Origin: an uncultured archaeon
GTDB lineage: Archaea > Asgardarchaeota > Thorarchaeia > Thorarchaeales > Thorarchaeaceae
NCBI GenBank assembly: GCA_964648855.1
Contig: CAZYLT010000012.1
Location: 64,337 to 96,336 of the forward strand
Direction: 5' to 3'
Length of the DNA: 32,000 bases
This document shows, piece by piece, positions 26,989-32,000 of this stretch (its first letter is position 1; every line of letters begins with the position of its first letter). The position numbers were made by a program, and so were the translations under genes. Under the pieces are notes generated by a model. The model had not been told where the DNA came from and did no database searches. It saw nothing but the letters and a program-made list of their open reading frames with translations.

Positions 26989-28828
26989 AAAGTTGTTCAC
27001 GGATTTTGATGGCGTTTTTGACGGTGTCTTAGCAAGAGTTGCGTCAATACCCGCGAATTACACCTCGGAGTGGGCGGGTTCAGCAGCACGCTATGAGTGC
27101 AAGATAAAGATACGATACAACAAGGAACTGATGGCACAACTAGAAGAGGGCATGATGCTTGCAGTGCGCAACTTTCGAGGTCAATCTGAACGCGCCAAAA
27201 AAGAGGGGATCCAAAGGTATACTGTAATGGTAGTCAGCAAGGTTTGGCCCCTACACTATGGCTTAGGTGGGGTTCGTGATAGCCATTATTACCCGCTGCA
27301 AATGGAGATCATAGAGCAAACGGTTCCAGATTGGGATACTGATGACCAATCCACGATGATGATCCATATGGCTGCCATCCCAATCAACTACGACTTAGTA
27401 ATTGATGCCGATGGGAAAGTCCACTTCAAGAAGGGATTCTCGTATCCGCTGATAGGTGACAAGGTCCATGTCATTAATCTTGAAACAGTTGACATGATAT
27501 ACAACTCCAGAGTAAAAGAGGCGATAGGTTTCGATGGTGACCCGCTAGCAGAAGACCCGAAGGATAACCCTCGAGTAGGGGTATTGAGAATGTTCATGGA
27601 ATCTGACAGGAAGGTCCCTATCTATGTTGACTTGCACAAATTAGTGAGATATCACTTTGGCGTCTTCTCCTTCACAGGGGGCGGCAAGAGCAATCTCTTA
27701 TCGAACCTGTTCAGGAGACTGACCTATCACGCAGAAGATACGAAGATTGTAATCTTTGACATAAGTTGCGAGTATCCCTTTCTTCTGAGTGATGTTTTCT
27801 CGGACGCCAGCATTCCTACGAAGATTATTTTAGATGAGGAACCTAAGAACGCTGACAATTTTGCTCGGGCAATCGTGAAACCTCGCGACTTTGAGGATGA
27901 ACCGAAGGCGAATGATGCGCTGCGAGAATTGTACGACAAGGGCATTGTCACTTTCTACAATAAGCCCTTGACCCGAGTGCCCACGTATGGGGGTCTCTTG
28001 GATGAGATGAGTTCGTTGCGAGCTGATAACGCCGGTTCGCCGACCTACGTTCAAGCGATAGATGAGGCCATGAGTGCGGCCCATGGTTGGATGGAGGAAT
28101 ATGATAAGGAAACCCATGAAGAACTCGACCCAACCTTTGTAGACATGTTTCATGAAGCGGCTTCAAAGGCAATGCAGAAGTATTCTGTACATGAGAAGTC
28201 GAAGCTCTTTGCATGGGGCACTACAAGGGATTCACTCAAGGATGCAATTTCCAGAGCAAGGAAAGCAACTAGCAAGGGGGTAACCGTAAAAGATATTCTT
28301 CGAATGTTGAGCGGGCCAGAGAGGATTATTTGTATCTCAATCGCAGACCCAGAAACAATCAGGGATCTTGTAATCCGTGTCACCAGTGCGGCATTAAGAT
28401 ATCGAAAGAAGAGTTTCGAGATTAAGCCTCATCTGCTCTTTGTATTTGACGAAGCCCAAGAGTTCATTCCTTCAAATGCCAGCGGTCAAACAGCCCAATG
28501 TAGTGCTGCAGTTGAACGTCTCCTCCGTCAGGGACGAAAATATGGCCTTGGCGGGACAATCGCCACCCAGCGGATTGCGTATCTTAATACAAACATAATG
28601 CAGCAACTGCACACATTCTTTGTTGGCACGCTCCCGCGACCGTATGATCGAACAGTGGTTAGCAGCTCGTTTCAAATAGACCTGAGCATTCTGGACAAGA
28701 CCTTGGAGTTCCCGCCAGGCTCATGGCTTCTCTCCAGCTATATTGCCACAGGACTCGATAATGTACCAGTATTCATATCAGCTGATAATTCAGAAGACAT
28801 ACTGAGAAAACATCTTGCTTCGATATAG
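26963..28828 (+). CDS. HerA/FtsK-family ATPase
   Basis: HFGVFSFTGGGKS Walker A, VIFD, VFDEAQEF Walker B, RQGRKYG arginine finger, IATQR. Confidence 0.9.
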   Translation: MKKQEEFPEKLFTDFDGVFDGVLARVASIPANYTSEWAGSAARYECKIKIRYNKELMAQLEEGMMLAVRNFRGQSERAKKEGIQRYTVMVVSKVWPLHYGLGGVRDSHYYPLQMEIIEQTVPDWDTDDQSTMMIHMAAIPINYDLVIDADGKVHFKKGFSYPLIGDKVHVINLETVDMIYNSRVKEAIGFDGDPLAEDPKDNPRVGVLRMFMESDRKVPIYVDLHKLVRYHFGVFSFTGGGKSNLLSNLFRRLTYHAEDTKIVIFDISCEYPFLLSDVFSDASIPTKIILDEEPKNADNFARAIVKPRDFEDEPKANDALRELYDKGIVTFYNKPLTRVPTYGGLLDEMSSLRADNAGSPTYVQAIDEAMSAAHGWMEEYDKETHEELDPTFVDMFHEAASKAMQKYSVHEKSKLFAWGTTRDSLKDAISRARKATSKGVTVKDILRMLSGPERIICISIADPETIRDLVIRVTSAALRYRKKSFEIKPHLLFVFDEAQEFIPSNASGQTAQCSAAVERLLRQGRKYGLGGTIATQRIAYLNTNIMQQLHTFFVGTLPRPYDRTVVSSSFQIDLSILDKTLEFPPGSWLLSSYIATGLDNVPVFISADNSEDILRKHLASI

Positions 28829-28877
28829 CGACTATATTGTGAGGCTTATAATATCAAGCTCCAGCTCGGATTCAGCC

Positions 28878-30692
28878 ATGGAACGAAGCAATACTCCCGA
28901 CTGGAATAGAGATGTACTCGTTAAGGACACTTCTCCAGAGAGTATCATAGCGACCTACGATGATATTGTACAAAGAGCTATGATGCTGGAACGAGGGTAC
29001 AGGGAGTCGGTCGATAGACTCGATGCAATTGGGCTCTACAGCATGATTAGGAAGATTGAAGCTACAAAATCTAGTTTTGAGGGCCCGTATCTCTACGCAT
29101 ACCTAGGCTACATGTCGAACTCTAGTAATTCTGATTGCCAAAGCCTCTACCAAGTTGCAGAGAGGAGAAGACACGAGCTTGATTGGATTCTGGGGGCACT
29201 AGATTCGAAGCTAATCCAACGGATGAAAAAAGAGCCTTCACTCTTAGAAATGCCTGCTTTGGGAAGGTACAAACACATATTGAAGAAGCAATTATCCTTC
29301 GATATCTTTTCACTTGACAGAAGTAGTAATAGAATTGTAGAGCGAAAAGACAGACATGGAGTAGACACATGGTATAGACTGCATCAAGAACTTCTATCTT
29401 CCATGGTTTTCAAAATCGATGCCCATGGACAACAAGAGTATCTGTCCTTCCAAGAATCAGCAGGAATGAGGTATTTTCATCCTGATAGAGAAATCCGAAA
29501 AGTGGCAACCAAACAAGTCTTCTCTCAGCTGGCGGAATACTCACAGGTATGGTCGACGGCATTCAGATCCGTTGCCGCAGACTATCTCTCTGAGAACAGG
29601 ATTAGAGGATACTCCGATTATATTCAGCCAGTTCTCTTGAACAATGATATCGAACGAAAAACACTGGATTCGCTGATGAGTACAGTGAAACATCGAGCTG
29701 ACCTCTACAAGAAATACGTCGAGATTAGAAGGCGCATGCTCGGAGTTGACAGAATCGGAAGCTGGGATTTGACAGGAAACCTGTATGAGGTTGACAGATA
29801 TATCGACTGGGAGGAAGCAGTGTCTATAGTATCGGAGGCATATTCAACTTTTGATGACAGCTTTGGGCGCATTGTTCGAAAAATCATACAAACCAAACAG
29901 GTGGACGCGAAACCTCGAAAAGGAAAGGTTTCCTTTGCATTTGGCTATCCATGGTATACTGCTGCCTCTTCATGGATATCTCTTGTCTATACGGGAAATG
30001 TTGGCGACCTCTTTACAATGGCTCATGAGTATGGTCACGCAATCCATAACACAATTCTAGCGAATTCACAACCATGGACAGTCTTTTGGAATGTTGGAAA
30101 GGTTTTGCAGGAGTCAGTTAGTGTCTTCGGCGAACTCCTTCTATCAGATTTCTTATGCCTCCAAGATGAAGCATCAAAATCAGCCGCGCTCTTGTCGGTC
30201 TTGGATCAAGGCTTCACTCTAATCTTGGGGGGTGCGACAGCCTTCCTTTTTGAGAAGGAGATTTACGACTCCATTGAATCTGGGCAATTCTTGGACGGAG
30301 AAACTATTTCTCAAAAATGGGTACAACAAAGAGATCTGATATTTTCAGATACAATTGAGTGGTTGCCAGAAAATAGATGGGCTTGGGTGGCATCGGGTCA
30401 TTATTTCAGACCAAGAGCTAGATTTTACAATTTTCAATATGCACTCGGACAACTGCTGGCTTATGCCATCTATGAGTCCTACCAACAGAACAGAGATGCT
30501 TTCGCAGAAGACTACAGGCAGTATCTTCGGAAAGGTGGGACGGAATCACCAGGGGACCTTCTATTGCGGTTGAACCTAGATATCAGTGACACAGACTTTT
30601 GGAATCTTGGTTTTGATTACCTAGAAAGGCAATTGGAGAAGCTTACTGAAAACATCAGGCAGTATAATTCGACATTATGGGATAAAAGGTAG
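28878..30692 (+). CDS. pepF: M3B oligoendopeptidase F
   Basis: TMAHEYGHAIH zinc motif, PRKGK, ESVSVFGE, HYF...FYNFQYALG. Start ATG 28878 lies about 30 nt after a TTATA box. Confidence 0.88.
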   Translation: MERSNTPDWNRDVLVKDTSPESIIATYDDIVQRAMMLERGYRESVDRLDAIGLYSMIRKIEATKSSFEGPYLYAYLGYMSNSSNSDCQSLYQVAERRRHELDWILGALDSKLIQRMKKEPSLLEMPALGRYKHILKKQLSFDIFSLDRSSNRIVERKDRHGVDTWYRLHQELLSSMVFKIDAHGQQEYLSFQESAGMRYFHPDREIRKVATKQVFSQLAEYSQVWSTAFRSVAADYLSENRIRGYSDYIQPVLLNNDIERKTLDSLMSTVKHRADLYKKYVEIRRRMLGVDRIGSWDLTGNLYEVDRYIDWEEAVSIVSEAYSTFDDSFGRIVRKIIQTKQVDAKPRKGKVSFAFGYPWYTAASSWISLVYTGNVGDLFTMAHEYGHAIHNTILANSQPWTVFWNVGKVLQESVSVFGELLLSDFLCLQDEASKSAALLSVLDQGFTLILGGATAFLFEKEIYDSIESGQFLDGETISQKWVQQRDLIFSDTIEWLPENRWAWVASGHYFRPRARFYNFQYALGQLLAYAIYESYQQNRDAFAEDYRQYLRKGGTESPGDLLLRLNLDISDTDFWNLGFDYLERQLEKLTENIRQYNSTLWDKR

Positions 30693-30772
30693 TCAGGTAC
30701 AGAGATGAGTATCCGAAAAGGTAAAAAGAATTTAGCGGGGGCTAGTGTCTATACTGGTCAAGCACAAATATT

Positions 30773-30860
30773 GCGGAGGTTGCCAAGCCAGGTTAAAGGC
30801 GCTAGACTCAGACTCTAGTCCTGTAGAGGTTCGTGAGTTCAAATCTCACCCTCCGCACCA
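30773..30860 (+). tRNA. tRNA-Leu(CAG), intronless, CCA encoded
   Basis: Acceptor GCGGAGG/CCTCCGC, discriminator A + CCA; anticodon stem CTAGA/TCTAG with loop CT-CAG-AC; long variable arm CCT-GTAG-AGG; T arm GTGAG-TTCAAAT-CTCAC. Confidence 0.95.
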
Positions 30861-30918
30861 TCTAGTTTTCATATCAAAGACTCTGAGTCGGTCAAAATTA
30901 TCAAATAAAGGAAGGGCT

Positions 30919-30947
30919 TCAGACTGCAATAGAGCTAAGCAGTCTGA
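30919..30947. terminator. Hairpin between the convergent tRNA and peroxiredoxin genes
   Basis: TCAGACTGC-N11-GCAGTCTGA perfect 9-bp inverted repeat. Confidence 0.35.
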
Positions 30948-30984
30948 GATCCACTTCTCTGGTGTTTTGTAAGAGTTGATTTAA

Positions 30985-31482
30985 TCATGCCTCTAGGGCT
31001 TCAAGTCTTTCAATGAATCTGCTCAAATTGGGACAAGCGCCCTGGTCGGGCTTAACCACATCTATCATCTCGATGAAGCCCTTTTTGTCTATGAGGAAGA
31101 CAATCCGTTTCCCATATCCTTCATCAGGTACGAAGCAATCATATTCAAGAGTGACATCTCCTGGGGGATGGAAGTCTGAGAGAATGGGAAAACCAAGGTC
31201 TCCAACTTCATCCATCCATTCTTCATTAGCCTCTACAGAATCCATGTTAACTCCAATCACAATGGTATCGAGCTCATCCAGCTCTTCCAAATGTTTTCGG
31301 AAAAACTCAAAATATTCCTTACACAACTCATTTACTTTACCCGGGTGAAATACCAGCAAGACATTTTTCTCGCCCTGTAAGTCTGATAATTGAACATCAT
31401 CACCATTTTGATCTTCTAGCTCAAAGTCGGGAGCCTCCTCACCGACGGTTAGACATACACCGCGTTCTCTAAGAAGTACCAT
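30985..31482 (-). CDS. Peroxiredoxin-like protein (AhpE/BCP type)
   Basis: VGEEAPDFELEDQNG, VFHP-x6-C, FPILSDFHP, KRIVFLIDKKG. The true start may be TTG 31455. Confidence 0.8.
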   Translation of the reverse strand: MVLLRERGVCLTVGEEAPDFELEDQNGDDVQLSDLQGEKNVLLVFHPGKVNELCKEYFEFFRKHLEELDELDTIVIGVNMDSVEANEEWMDEVGDLGFPILSDFHPPGDVTLEYDCFVPDEGYGKRIVFLIDKKGFIEMIDVVKPDQGACPNLSRFIERLEALEA

Positions 31483-31560
31483 TTTATTTCATCTCGCTCC
31501 TTATGTTGGTTAAAATCGTATTATGAAATGGTGTGTCTAACTATTGTTAATATTTTTGGT

Positions 31561-31899
31561 TTAGTACTTCAATCGATCCATCTTGCGTTTCAGTACATCC
31601 CAATCTCCTATCTCGCTGATAACTTCGTGTTTCGACAACGCACGATCAGTAGGGCCATCATATATGAGGCGACCATCCTTCAACACAGCAACAGAATCAG
31701 CCCAGTTTTCAATGAAGAAACGATTATGGGTAGTAAACATTACACTGATACCCTCCCTTCTCAGTTGACTGAAAATATCCACAATACTCCCAATCATAGG
31801 AAAATCGAGTCCCGAGAATGGTTCATCTAAAAGGAGGATTTTTGGTTGCATAGCGAGGATTCCTGCAAGCGCCACTCTCTTTGCTTCTCCGTGACTCAT
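31561..31899 (-). pseudogene. C-terminal half of an ECF/CbiO-type ABC ATPase
   Basis: Begins at the signature motif (MSHGEAKRVALAG) and has LLDEPFSGLD and TTH. No Walker A; an in-frame TGA lies directly upstream. Confidence 0.75.
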
Positions 31900-31919
31900 T
31901 CATTTTCGCCAGGAGGTGC

Positions 31920-32000
31920 TATAAGAGTGTTACTTGATTGTAAACTCGTGTCACTTATATTGGCACTCTGTGTCACTAAATCAGTATAAGAGTGAGTGAT
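31920..32000. repeat. Degenerate ~21-22 bp periodic repeats
   Basis: GTGTYACT at 31927, 31948 and 31970; TATAAGAGTG at 31920 and 31985. Confidence 0.55.

Noticed and set aside
30773-30860. Reading the tRNA as Sec or suppressor (TCA occurs in the loop)
   Set aside because: Stem geometry centres CAG; the 7-bp acceptor stem and A73 fit Leu.
30840-30900. Integrated element at the tRNA 3' end
   Set aside because: No duplicated tRNA 3' segment or integrase was seen in the window.
31920-32000. CRISPR array
   Set aside because: The period is too short and the repeats too degenerate; there are no spacers or cas genes.

Overview
Gene-dense archaeal chromosomal window, most likely an Asgard archaeon of Thorarchaeia type. 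The inference rests on class I LysRS, archaeal L13e, aIF5A, Nob1, PAC2 and TRAPP/Bet3-like genes. Most of the window is housekeeping or metabolic: lysS (missed by the ORF track), a LolD/FtsX ABC pair, PfkB kinase, DUF72, glnA, an aminotransferase, a 2-oxoacid oxidoreductase gamma subunit, oxidoreductases, yjbQ, nob1-nadK, aIF5A, Lrp, pepF, tRNA-Leu(CAG) and a peroxiredoxin. The standout is 4.5-9.5 kb, an apparently duplicated three-gene module: [roadblock + acidic linker + two NPRL2-like winged helices] - [Bet3/TRAPPC3-like] - [small multi-TM protein], plus a classical V4R gene. It is a candidate membrane-associated proto-TRAPP/GTPase-regulatory system. Other points of interest are a long SNAP/TPR-like solenoid, a stand-alone PH-like protein, an L13e-HhH fusion, an atypical NurA-HerA pair without mre11/rad50, a candidate structured RNA, and a truncated CbiO gene abutting ~22-bp periodic repeats. 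All homology calls come from motif reading and recalled family consensus, not from database searches.
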